From: Iphione sp. A-MEVVRFRX5
Lineage: Eukaryota
NCBI GenBank assembly: GCA_976226885.1
Contig: OZ320313.1
Location: forward strand, 58,280,001 to 58,344,000
Reading direction: 5' to 3'
Length of the DNA: 64,000 nucleotides
Below the pieces are notes generated by a model that was not told where the DNA came from, did not search any database, and worked only from the letters and a program-made list of their open reading frames with translations. The first letter of the stretch is position 1. Every line of letters starts with the position of its first letter. Positions 1 to 11,870 of the stretch are shown in pieces. Made by a program: the position numbers and the translations under genes.

Positions 1-803
1 GGAAACCCTGAATAACTGCAGCGTGTCGTTCATCTAGCACTACTCGTGTGCCATCGCTATTTATCCTGGTTAAAGAAGTGCTTTGAGGCATGAACCCGCC
101 TTGGTGTCGGTGGGTCTTTGTACTTGGATCTATGGACCCAGCACTCTTCTCCCTCAGGGAAGTAATCGACCATTGCCAACACCACTTCAAGTGAGGGGAC
201 AGAGGGAGCGTCGATCATCACCACGCGATGAGAGCTCCTTGTATCTGCTCCCTCGTCGGTGTGAATGGCCATACGTGCGTGCGTTTGTGCAGGCTATCAT
301 CTCAGCCGGGGGAGAAAAAAAACCCCAGGCTTCGTATGAAATGGAAACACTGTCGTTTTAGTCCATGCGGATTCACATGGAGTTGCACTCGCCAGGGATT
401 AGATGTCACCTGCGGAATAGAACCTTTGCATTTGGGGATTTATAGGTGACATCATGCAAGGCACGAACATGAGTACAGCCGGTATGTTTATGATGATGAC
501 CGAAGAATCCAAGCTGCACAAGAAAACATTTGCTACCCTGAATACAGCCTCGAATTCCGCGCTCCCCTGTAGTAAAACCTTTCTTTACGTCAGGCCGTGC
601 CTGTCCTATAGTTATCTCACTGTAACAGAATGCCATATTCAAAAGATGCAAACCTAGATAATTCCTTAAAATGAAAGGTATATCAGCTAGAGGAGAGGAA
701 ATTAAGCATCCTTGTCTACTAGGTTAGACATATTGAATATTAATATGAAATAAATTCAAAAACGGCCGTGGTAAAGATCTTGCTATTCCTTTTCAGATGG
801 AAT

Positions 804-806
<3 letters not shown>

Positions 807-894
<88 letters not shown>
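807..894. repeat. (GA)n microsatellite, about 44 units
   Basis: Uninterrupted GA run read directly; it explains the RERERE and SLSLSL ORFs. Confidence 0.98.
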
Positions 895-898
<4 letters not shown>

Positions 899-3540
899 GG
901 TGGGAATCAGCCGAACTAAATAAATGTACAAGGCACACATCGGCAACTACTACAAAGGGTCACAGGATTACATGTATATCATCCATTCACATTCCTCCCG
1001 CCTCAATATGATGGATAAATATACAGAGATATTGAATATTGCCCCCTGGAATGCCTTACCGTCTCACTTTATATCACATAATATGATGATGACAGTAATG
1101 GTATGATGACATATACATTTGTGGCAGTTTGTATTATAAGGCCAGCCTTTGATGTTATATCATTTCTCTTTGGTGCTCGATTCCACACACACACACGTTG
1201 TGTTTCAGCCCAGAGCCTACTGCATTTGAAGATCATATCTAAACATGAGGGTTATGACATCGATGTTAGTAACAATATTGTATTCTCTTGCCCCGGATGT
1301 GGTAAAATACATCTACGTATTCCTACTGGTTTTCTTTACTTGTGTACAAGTGAATGGCAAATAGACCCTCTCGTCATCCAGAACATGGAAAAAATATCAT
1401 CCTGCAATGCGTGCTTATTTTCTGCTGTATTCTCCATGGGAGGTTTTTAATGTTTCTATTATTATTCCTAAGAAGAGGTCTTTTTGATACATGCCGTGTT
1501 ATAATTATGTTCAAATTAAAGCCTTTGTAGTCCAAACGCCTCTGGTGATCACTTCAATTGGGGCTTATATTGGACGCTGTCATCACGTGACCTCATCACA
1601 GTCACATGACGCTTTGCCCCACCCAGGACTAGTCCAATAAATATGGAAACCACAGGAGCGTGCTATAAACCAGCAAGATTCTTCTGGTGTAATTAAGGGC
1701 CCATGTTGCGGCGATCTCTTCTGACAGAATGGATTCTTCCTGAGTGATATTTCCACCGGGCAAGAATTACCACTGACATTATTGAAATGAGAAGCTCCAA
1801 GATTAGACGAGCCGTAGTGATTAAATGGAAGGTAAGGCAAGGTGCATAATGCGAAGCAAAAGGGTTTATATTCAGTTATCTCACGTTTTAAAGGCTGTCA
1901 CACGAAGGGGGTCGCCTAAGAGGTCTATGACGCATGCGCCCTGGAGCGGGTCCTTCCGGTCGTCTGTCGGTCAGCCATTAAACGCCGGCGATGGACGTCG
2001 TCTTGGGTATGAGTCACGTGGTGGCAGCGTCTCGTGTGCTGTGAACCCCCCCCCCATGCACCTTGAAAGCATCCTCTGTGGTATTTGCGTATTTATAAGA
2101 CAACGCTCAGTATATGAAGACCCGGCCGATTTAATACTTCTAAGATGCGATTAGCTCTGATAATTTCTCTCTCTACGTATTTTGTCAGCAGGCTTCCCCT
2201 TTAGGAAGTTGGCAAGTCCTCACAGGTCACTGAAAGAAACGCCTTCCGAGGGCGTTCCTCTTCCCTGCTGCAGATAAAGATACCCTCTGTGGTATCAACA
2301 TTCCGCGTCAAAGGTGTGTAAGGGCAAATTGATGGACGATGATTGGTTAATGTTGCAGGCGCGTCCGAAGGAGGGCGGCTTCCGAAAAAAAGCTTTTGAC
2401 TGGGAGTAAGGTGCACTGATAGGTTCCGCACGTGCGGCAATATTTACTTTCGGAGAGTTCACCTCCTGCACCCATAAGAGATGGCAGGCTGCCTTCTTAC
2501 GACCATGTGAGTCGGAAAGACCGCTGAGTCAGAACCCATCTAGGAAGATCTTGAAAGGAAGAGCGACCTTTTTACCGGTATCAATAGCTGCTGTCGTTTA
2601 GGCAACAAAGAACGGACATTTTATGGTTCACATTTTATGTTAGACCATCCGAGTGTATATGCCAGGAGTAGCAGGGCATTTCTAATCTGTACCTGCATAA
2701 CTTTTGGTTAGGGCCCAATTTCCTTACTTGCATTGCTCTGCGTTAGGTCTCCGTGTGCACTGGTATGCATTTTTGTTTTTTAGGCAACCTCATGCAACAT
2801 GACAGGGGGAGTACCCCTTGAGGGGTTGCACCGTTGTGTGAAAAGCAGTAAAAATTATGAAAATGAAGAAAAAGGACAATAGGATGCTAAAAGCTATGAA
2901 AACCAGTGAAATTGACCCTAAGAATGATGCTTAAGGACGAATTTAATGCTAAAAGCCATGAAGGCTGGCAAAAGTGACTGGGAAAAGGACACGGTTGTGC
3001 AGAAACGTACATATAGAATTGTGCGGAGTTGAGGGAACAAAGTGCCTCCTACAAAGCTTATCTGCCCTTTACCGCTGTGCATTTGTCTGCATTTGCACTA
3101 TCAAGCAGTGCCTGAAAACGAACAGCGTACGTGCAACGCACCCTAACGCACAAACGCATATAGAGGACACCCCACAATAGGTTAAACATGAGAAATAAAT
3201 ATGGACCTAAACAGACGCAAAAATGGACCCAAAATGCACGGACGCCAAAACAGATAAGGAAACCGGGTCTTAGTCTACCATTTTAAGGACATCTGTCAAT
3301 ATGACCTACCATATGTACAGCAAGGCTTCTTTGTCTGTTGATTGAGAATCCAGATTTACTCATAAACCATTGGAATTACATATTGATTAGAAATTTCTGT
3401 GTAGATTTTTGCCTATTTTAACTGGATTTTTTGTGCCTGGATAAGTAAGACATAAATGTATATACACACAGTCGAATGCCTATTTGTGATCTCCCCTCTC
3501 AAATGGATGGATTAGGGATATCAGTTCGAAATTGGTAATT

Positions 3541-3728
3541 CGGCCAAATTCTTATTAATTTCATCGTTTTTCAGCTGAATGTGCATGATTTCACAGTTTA
3601 TTGGGCAGTTTTGCATGAGTTTCACAATTTTTCAGCCAAATCTGCATGAATTTCACCATTTTCCAGCCAAATTTGTAGGAATTTAGTACTTTTCAGCCAA
3701 ATTTTATGAATTTCACTGATTTTCTCAG
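3541..3728. repeat. Degenerate minisatellite, 30-31 bp unit, about 6 copies
   Basis: CAGCCAAA recurs at 3633, 3664 and 3694; the consensus is close to TTTTCAGCCAAATTTGCATGAATTTCACNAT. Confidence 0.75.
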
Positions 3729-6057
3729 TGTAAACCCATTGATTCATGTTCCAAATCTACTGATTCAGGTGTCAATGGCTTGTGCTTCCACACCTGAATG
3801 GTCTGAGTGGTCTGAGCATGACGTCAAACGGTCACAAGTAGACATTTAAATACAATAGAAACAACCGAAACGTGTCGTGGGCTGGTTATATTCGCAAATT
3901 GATTTGGTCACAAACTGGTAATGTTACATATGCAAATAACAGGGAAATACTTCTGTTTCGAGCTCAATCGGTCACATTAGTAGATTTGGTCCCAAATTGG
4001 TATGGTCAGAAATCGGTATTTGACTGTATATGTTGGTTACACAAATGCATCTATAAAATGACGCAAAATTATACAAAAATTGATAGGCAGGAAACTCTAC
4101 ATAGACTTAAATGGAGGAGGGGAGAAAAGTCGGGTGAGTGGCAAAATAATCAGGTGCAAGTCAAACATTCAGGCCTATAGGCAACAGACAAAGGTAGAGG
4201 TAAAGACAGGAAAACAGTAAAGACACACAGAGGCGGGGACAGAAATAGAAGAACGGACAGGTACATATATAATCACATCGTGAATTCTTTTCAACTAATG
4301 AAATATTTTAAGACGTAAAACTGGTTTAATATGTAATGTTGTGTCTCCCACCAAAAATATCACTATATGGAAGACAATAGAAACAATACGCACTGTTCTA
4401 TATGTTAGTTACCCCGCCTGAACAGAGCAACTGCTTCGTGTAGCCATGAGGAATGATGAAAGATTCGTATTCGTGGTACATATCATATATTATAAAATGC
4501 GATTGTTTACCCGACATACGGACGTAGTTTTTAAGTGAAAGACGACAACAGAAAGAAATGTGGTGTTCTACACGTGAGTTTCCTTGCTGAGAGGGGGAGC
4601 TGCCTGTGGCAGGGCGTGTGATGAAGATCTATAAGGGTGGTATTATGAATTCCGTCACGGCCCACATGCAGTGACGGACGCGGGGTCCTGTGAGTAATAA
4701 CACGCAGTGTTTATCACTACCGCCTGCTGACGTAGGACGCCCGGCAGTGGGAGCAGAGAGGGTGTTTTACTGCTGCCGGGGCTCTTAGGGCCTCACCGCG
4801 TGCAGGACACAGAGAGATGGGTACCACAGGGACAACTAAAACTAATATGGACTCCCACAGTGTTAATATCCGGGAAGGATAGAGCCTTTATTACACAGCG
4901 GTTGTCCAGACGTAGAGAGCTCAGCAGGAGTAAAGACGTTCGCCCGAGGAGCATTTCGAGATGCATGTCCACTGATACAAAAACAACTGTGATTTAGATA
5001 ATCTATCTTGTGTTTTAGTCTGGTTTTACATACATCCATTGTTCTTTTCAAGGTGTGTTGGGCGTAAACAATACAGCCCTTGTTGTGTGCATGAAATAAT
5101 GAGCACCACATGGTTGATTAGATGTCCCTTGCAATTCGTTTCATATGCCATCACGGAAGGTGATGCACAGATAACCCAATCTGGACGGGTTATGAAGCAC
5201 ACAGGGAAATGCAAACAGATGTGTTAGTGACACTAACATTTGCATGTGAAGACAGTACATGTATTAAAAAGCCTTGCTTCGGGTAGTTACATAATCACCA
5301 AAACGCATCTGTTAGCATTACTTCCAGAGGAGAAAAATGACTGTGCGTCCTTGGCGTAAAATAGACCGTGCCCATTTATCTCTCAAGTAGCTGCTGCTTT
5401 GAAGTGTGAGAAAACGTACAGATTATTCCTTACTGCTCGATGTTGTTTTCGCACGAAACCCTGTCGCTAGACGAACGCAAGAGAAGCAACACACCATGAG
5501 CGCATTATAAGCAAAGACCATCCTCCTCGCGATGGATCAGATAACGATAATATAGCATGTAGAGCAATAACCTAGGAACAAGGGATACTGGAAGTACATT
5601 AGTGTTGCTGTCACTGACTATGGAGACTAACGGTTAGGACGACGCCAATACAGTCAGCTGATATGATCCCACCATAAAAAACACGATCCCGCCATTAAAT
5701 GAATCTTTCTGCCTGATGTGTCTTGTTTCCGTTTCCTTTTGTCATGCAAAGTTATTTAAATTTCCTCGACGGTGTGGTGTATGCCTATTTTATGTGTTTG
5801 ATTGGAATTTTATGCCGTGTTTTTACCTTGATCTCTTGCTGTCCTACCTAAAAAAAAGTCGACATTGAACGTGCAGGCTTCCTTCCAGTGTGCCAGTTGT
5901 TAATGCTATGACACTTCATTAAACCGCTCCGTAGCCAAAGGTCACACGGATACGGCTGTTAATCATAGCGTCGTGTTTAGTCGAAAACTACCTACGGAAA
6001 GTGTCAGAGTATAGTTTTATGGATTCCAAATCATTTGACCTGTCACCTTTGACACAG

Positions 6058-6127
6058 TCCCGTGGGGCCCCTGACCCCTGGGCCAGCAAGGGTCCCTAGC
6101 TTGGCTGGGCCCATTCTCCCAACAGAT
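6058..6127 (+). CDS. Gene 1 internal exon, Pro-rich extracellular stalk (PVGPLTPGPARVPSLAGPILPTD)
   Basis: Acceptor cctttgacacAG at 6056-6057 and donor GTCAGG at 6128. Only the phase-2 frame is open, and it ends in phase 0, matching the next exon. The donor choice is inferred from phase. Confidence 0.7.
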
Positions 6128-6422
6128 GTCAGGTGCGACTAAACTCTATATGCAAGTGTCTAGAAACGTGTCAGTGCTGCTTCTTGATCCAAGCACAAAG
6201 GTCGACGTACTGTTCCCCACTGCCGTCGACATGGGGTCCTTTTAACTCTTTCCGAACAGCGTTTTTGGCTGGACAATTTGTTAAGGTCCATCTCTGCCTG
6301 ACTAGTCCCTTCGCTACGTGTGTGGTGAATATCAAATTGAATTTTTGTCGTGTGTATAAAAGATTTGATGATGCGTGTTCGTTTAAAAAAGAATCCACTT
6401 TTGACGTCTATCTTTCTTTCAG

Positions 6423-6582
6423 TTTGAGAGCACTCCTGTGGTGCCTGCATCCCCACTGAAGTACATATTGTTAGCGGTAGGGGGCGGCACCGTCCTGATC
6501 TTCTTACTCACCCTCGTCATCGTTGCTTGGTGGAACGCCTACAAACGGCCGCTGTTAAAGGACACCAAGATCTTCAATCCTG
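6423..6582 (+). CDS. Gene 1 transmembrane exon (FESTPVVPASPLKYILLAVGGGTVLIFLLTLVIVAWWNAYKRPLLKDTKIFNP)
   Basis: Pyrimidine-rich acceptor ctttctttcAG and donor GTCAGT at 6583. The exon is 160 nt, phase 0 to 1. A hydrophobic run of about 23 aa is followed by basic KR (positive-inside rule). Confidence 0.88.
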
Positions 6583-7092
6583 GTCAGTCGAAACGTTGAG
6601 TTTCCATAGATAAATTTCATGAAATTAGATACACGAGATTTCAATACATTTTGTTCGGAATTTAAATACATGTATATCAATGAAAGACACTGAGATATTG
6701 CAATTGAAATTGAGATTACAGATGTATCATTAAAAACTTAACATTACAGATGTAGGCTGTAAGCACAATACTAAATTGGTATACACTAAACCGAACAAAA
6801 CCGAAAGATCATGAAAACAATATTTCAGAACATGACCAGCACATTACATATAGGCCCAGTACTATAGAAGTCTCGGGAAAACGTTAGGATCAAATACCGC
6901 AGTTCAAATACATGTACAACGAATAGTTATTCGCACTGAGCAGACGTGTCATATGGTCATAATGATACAGTCACTGCTGATGGATGATATTTTTTTCATT
7001 TTATGGGTGTATGTGTTAAAGTAGCATTAAGATTTGATGGAGCTTTCTTTGTATTCGATAACCTTGGCCTAACCTTGGCGGCGTTATTTCAG

Positions 7093-7137
7093 GCCTTCTC
7101 GGGAAGCCAACGTCCAACTGTCAAGATAATGAGTTGT
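7093..7137 (+). CDS. Gene 1 candidate 45-nt symmetric cassette exon (GLLGKPTSNCQDNEL)
   Basis: ttatttcAG acceptor, perfect GTAAGT donor at 7138, phase 1-1 and stop-free. It fits between the phase-1 neighbours. Confidence 0.5.
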
Positions 7138-9659
7138 GTAAGTCACTTTATGACCGCCTGGGGTCATCCCAGTCAATAACTGATGTAGGTGGCAGCACTG
7201 TACATCCACCTCATTGTGTTTCTCTCCGCACCCGTCCTCAACCACACCTTTTAAAAAAAAAGATTCTTGAGTCACTGTCAATACGCTTATACATCATTTC
7301 GTTGTTGCTTTGTACTCAAATATTTTAAACTGGACACACTCGACACTGTACGTGCCCAATGTGCACAGTCTGGGAGGCAGGATATAGGATGTATTCTTCG
7401 TAGCTTGAAATATATTTTTGCTTCCACTCCTATCTAGCACACTGAATTTAAGACGTCGACTTTGACACAAGTAAATGTCATACGATTATTTGGTTTTTGG
7501 TTAGAAAGTTCAGATCATTTACACAAGTCTCATCTTTTGCATATTTTTCTTTGTCTTCTGATTTGCTTTTTGAGGTTAATTTTGTCGGCTGCCCACTTAG
7601 CTGGGAGTAACTAATCCCAGGATAAGGAAACTTATCAAACTAACCACGTCAGGCGGTAATCCTTTTATTGCGTTTCTTTTTGTTCAAGAAAGTGAATTAT
7701 TTTCTTCAAATTAATCGCATGGTGATTATCGTTTCCAACTTTCATTTTATCTAATGACAGTGTGCTTTGTTGTGCTATCTGTAACACCTTGCCAGGAACA
7801 TAGGAATAAGAACAGTTGTTGGAGCCAAGTGTTAGACACCAGAACGTCTCCGGACATTCTATCCACGAGAAGGCGAAGTGGGTTTGGTAGTGTTGCTTTT
7901 ATTGACCATTTGCAATTAAGGAAATCTATTGTTACAAATGCCTTTGGCGCTTCTCTCTCTCTTGTTTACAAATCGGAACATTGAAACACCGCTCACCAAA
8001 TATTGTGAGATTTCTAGTACTAAGGTGGCCTGATTTCGGGTAACATTTTATATAAGTAGTGTAAACATTTCGTTGACTTGTCACATATCATACATCCTTT
8101 TACATTTACTACGTACATATAATGTGATAGAGAATAACAACTGTAGGAACGTCAGCATTGCCATCAAGAGGTCCAAAAAGAAATTCATTGGAGGAAGCTG
8201 CTGCATTGGAGATATAAAACAGCATACACATACTAAAATCATGATGTTGTCGACAGAGTGCCATTCGCACATTTTGCAATACTGTATGTAATGTACTTCA
8301 TCAAATATACTTATGCAGTTACAGTTAACACGAGAGCAAGAGAAAGATTCTATGCCGAGATACAAGCTGTTTACTTTGTGTTGGATTATGTCTGATATAA
8401 TAATACCCACTCAGATTTCTTTGTAAAAGGCTCGCAGGTATGTGTCGCACTTCTGTTGAGAGGAAGAGACGGGCAATGTAAAATGATTTTAAAGTACACC
8501 TCAGTTCAGAGAATTAGAGCCTCTTGTTTTGAAGGAAGGACATAATGTTGAACCGACAAATTTATTTCTATCATATATTTGACAGTCGAATATGACGATA
8601 CGAGAATTTTAAAGCAGCTGAAGAATAGAAACAAAAAGAAATTTGTGTATTTGACACAACGCAATTAGTATTCTCTTCTGTAAATAGCAGTTTTGAAGAA
8701 ATGCAGTTTAGAGCATCTCAAATCTCAGTCATAGTTAAATGCTGCTGATATGTATGACCTTTTTGTTGTGTGCTTTGGCCTAGCCTATGTCTGATATTTC
8801 TTTTTCTTATAATATGCGCTGATAAAATACATATAGTTCCTCAAAACGTTTAAATAATTATATATATCTATGTAAGAAGCAGGTTGCTCAGGCTCTGTGA
8901 ACTTCAAATTCGTCAGTCCACGTGTCGTATATGTAAATATGCAAACGTGTGAATTTGACAGTCCGCAAGTACTCTCAATACACAAGAGTCTGATGAGAAT
9001 TTTATTTCTACATGCCTTGTGCGTCTGTGTATTCGTATGTTGGGCGCACGTGTACGTGAATGTCTGCTTGAAGCTCGTTTTAAGATAAGATTGATATTAT
9101 GTGTTGGCATATCCAGACATTATTGTGCCATCTTCACCCGTGTATATCCCATCAACAGACACGTCTTTCAGGTTCATTTTATTATCCTCACTGCCAGGGA
9201 AATTTAACATTTCGTTAGAGAAGTAACAAATGGTGTGTCGTCGAACAGCGCAGGTATGATAGGAGAGGCGACGTTTTTAAGAGTCGTCTTATCACATCTT
9301 TTTATCATTCACAATTACGTCGAGTGGGAGCCGCCAGGGCAATTCCTTTTTCCCTTAAGAGCGATTGCGAGAGACAAGTCGCCAGCTGAAGTTGAAATAT
9401 AGTGCCATTAATGTTTAGTTACGACACTATCACCAATACGGCACATTCATCAAATTTCCTCTGAGTAAAACCTTAGTATTTCCTGCCTTGATGACAAGTA
9501 TATGCTCATGATAAAGCCATTTTCTGTGTCAGCAGCTTGCTTAAGACATTGCAAATCATTTAATGGTCGTTCTTTGAACTGTCTTGTAGGAGACTTTCAC
9601 AGGAACATTTTCAGAATGTATGTCGCAAAGCACTTCATCTGTTGATACTTCACTTGCAG

Positions 9660-9718
9660 ATTCATCCCAAGCGCCTCTACTTGATGAAAAACTCGGTGAT
9701 AGTGATAAAGGTCAGAAT
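9660..9718 (+). CDS. Gene 1 juxtamembrane cytoplasmic exon (DSSQAPLLDEKLGDSDKGQN)
   Basis: cttcacttgcAG acceptor, GTAAGT donor at 9719, 59 nt, phase 1 to 0; it joins both flanking exons in frame. Confidence 0.85.
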
Positions 9719-10032
9719 GTAAGTATAACGTTAAAAGGTCGTTTGATTTCTTAATCACTCTTATTCCTTTCATTTCGGACCTTCAGGTCAAATAGGGAGA
9801 GCTACATCCCTTGTGCTCTGTTCTGAGCAAATTGCACAAACACTGTGCCTACAGGATAGGTAGGCTTCAATACAGACATGTCAGTGAAGAAAGTGCTGTT
9901 AGATATAGGGCCCTGTGTTACACAAAGTACAGCGGCTGGCGTGTGAAGATACGTGCACGCGTGTAGTACAGGTATGGTGTACTCAGCTTAACATGCCGTC
10001 CTAATTGGTTCTACCATTTGTTTTATTTACAG

Positions 10033-11231
10033 GGTGGACACAAGATGAAAAAGCGCAAGAAGAAGAAGGCGACAGCGCGCGCCGCCAGCCAGGACGATTA
10101 CGTCTCCAGCGAGGAAGACACCCTGGAGCGTCGCGCCGACGGAACGTCGCCGGCGCACCGGAAGCCACATGCGGCAACGACGTGCAGCCCGCAGAAGGAC
10201 GGCGCCCCCGCCGAATCGGACTTGGTGGCGAGCTCGCGACACGCACTTCCGGCTGCGGTGACCTTAACTGGGGCACGCCCGGAGGGCGTCACCGAGCTGC
10301 CCGACCCCGCTAGCCTGCCGCCGCCGCCACCCGAGCTCACCAACGAGAAGCCAGTTGTGTCTTACATCAAGATGACCGGCGGCGGCGAGCCTACCGGCCA
10401 GACTGATGCAAAATACAAGCGAAAGAGTGCGGCGGGGGGCGGACAGTACCTGCCGCTAAGTCAGTCGGAAGGCTCGGGTAGCGATGTAGAGAAACACAAT
10501 CAGGCAACACTTAAAATAAGGCGTGATGATTCATCGGAAGGTGCGCCGCACATGCCGGACGTCGTCAAGAGCCGGAACCGGAACCCAGAATACCCACCGC
10601 CGCCGCCGTACATGCACAAGAACGGCGGCCGCTATATTCCGCTGACTAACTCGGAAGTGGACTCGAGCGACGGTGAATATACGGCGGCCACGATGGGCCG
10701 CCTGTCGGCACATCACATTGCACAGATCCTGGGCGACGGTAGCAGCGCGCGAGGATCGCCCAAGTACAGTCACAGTAACACGGACCGTCCGCCGACCACC
10801 TTCGGCCCGCCGCCATCATCGGCGACTAGCGCGGCGGCCGCGGCAGCATTGCAACAACACCCGGTACGACAGAGCGACCTGGACCAACTGGAGCTGGACA
10901 GCGTGGGCAGTTCCCGTTCCGGTGGAAGCTCCAAGTCCTCCGGATTCAAGACCCAGACGGGTTCGTACACGGACAGTATACGGAGCGATAGCGAGCGGCG
11001 GGCAATCTCCGACTCGGACTCGGCGCAGTCGAGCTGCTCTGCGAGCACCTTCCCACGCGCCCAGAGCAAGGATGCCGCATACGGCTCCAAATACTACATG
11101 ACTCTGGGCGGTGGCGGGCGGCAGAACGGGCATACGTCCCCGGCCACTGACTCCGAGGGTAGTAGCCCGCGGCTCGTCGACGAGGCCTATGGCACTATGG
11201 GCTCCAACGGTACAAGCACACTCCGGGGCAG
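10033..11231 (+). CDS. Gene 1 large cytoplasmic exon, Ser/Gly/Pro-rich low-complexity tail (reads through to TAA at 11248-11250 if the next intron is retained)
   Basis: 410-aa ORF track hit with strong C/G third-position bias. Acceptor ttttatttacAG at 10031-10032, phase 0. Candidate phase-2 donor AG|GTACTC at 11232. Confidence 0.92.
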
Positions 11232-11659
11232 GTACTCATCACCCTTATAACTACTTCAGGACCTACCAGTCAGATCATGCAGTGCCGAGGGTTATATTTC
11301 TAGTCAACTTCCTCCCTTTCCCGCATGTGTTATTACCAGTGGTAAACATTAGTTTCGTCAAAAAATGAAAACTTTCATTAATACCCCGGTTTTTCAGATC
11401 CTTTATCATTTCATCATTTCTCCTGACATTTTACCTCGCGTCCTTGTCCCTACGGGAAATACCTTCCTTCCAGTATTATTATTACACGTAATTATTTCTC
11501 GAATGTTTACACCTCCCCATGTGTATCCCTCTTTCTCTCTACCTTGTGTGCATGAGTTTACGACGATTGTTTGTACTGTCAAGATGTCTTGTGCCAGTAA
11601 CCATGCCCACTCTCTTTCTATTCCAATTTTCTTCACAGTGAATACTTTCCTTTCCCCAG

Positions 11660-11870
11660 TACTGCCTCCACTGGTAGTGGCAGCAGTAGCAGCGTGGTGA
11701 CTGTGATCGCTGCCGACGACCCAAACAACACGTTCGGGCGACGGCGTGTTCAGCGACACCCCGACAGCGCGGCCGATGACGCACCCGGAAGTGGTACTGG
11801 AACTTTCAAACCCAGACCCACCGCCGGTGGTGGCGGTGGAGGAGGAGGCTTCCCAGCTGGACAAAAATAG
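11660..11870 (+). CDS. Gene 1 terminal exon (TASTGSGSSSSVVTVIAADDPNNTFGRRRVQRHPDSAADDAPGSGTGTFKPRPTAGGGGGGGGFPAGQK*)
   Basis: Strong acceptor actttcctttccccAG at 11658-11659, phase 2 matching the 11232 donor. It has 69 sense codons to TAG at 11868-11870 and exon-like GC content after a pyrimidine-rich, intron-like gap. Confidence 0.75.

Noticed and set aside
740-1011. ORFs with RERERE and SLSLSL runs
   Set aside because: They are translations of the (GA)n microsatellite.
10001-11133. Many overlapping ORFs in other frames and on the minus strand
   Set aside because: Shadows of the GC-rich gene 1 exon, where stop codons are scarce.
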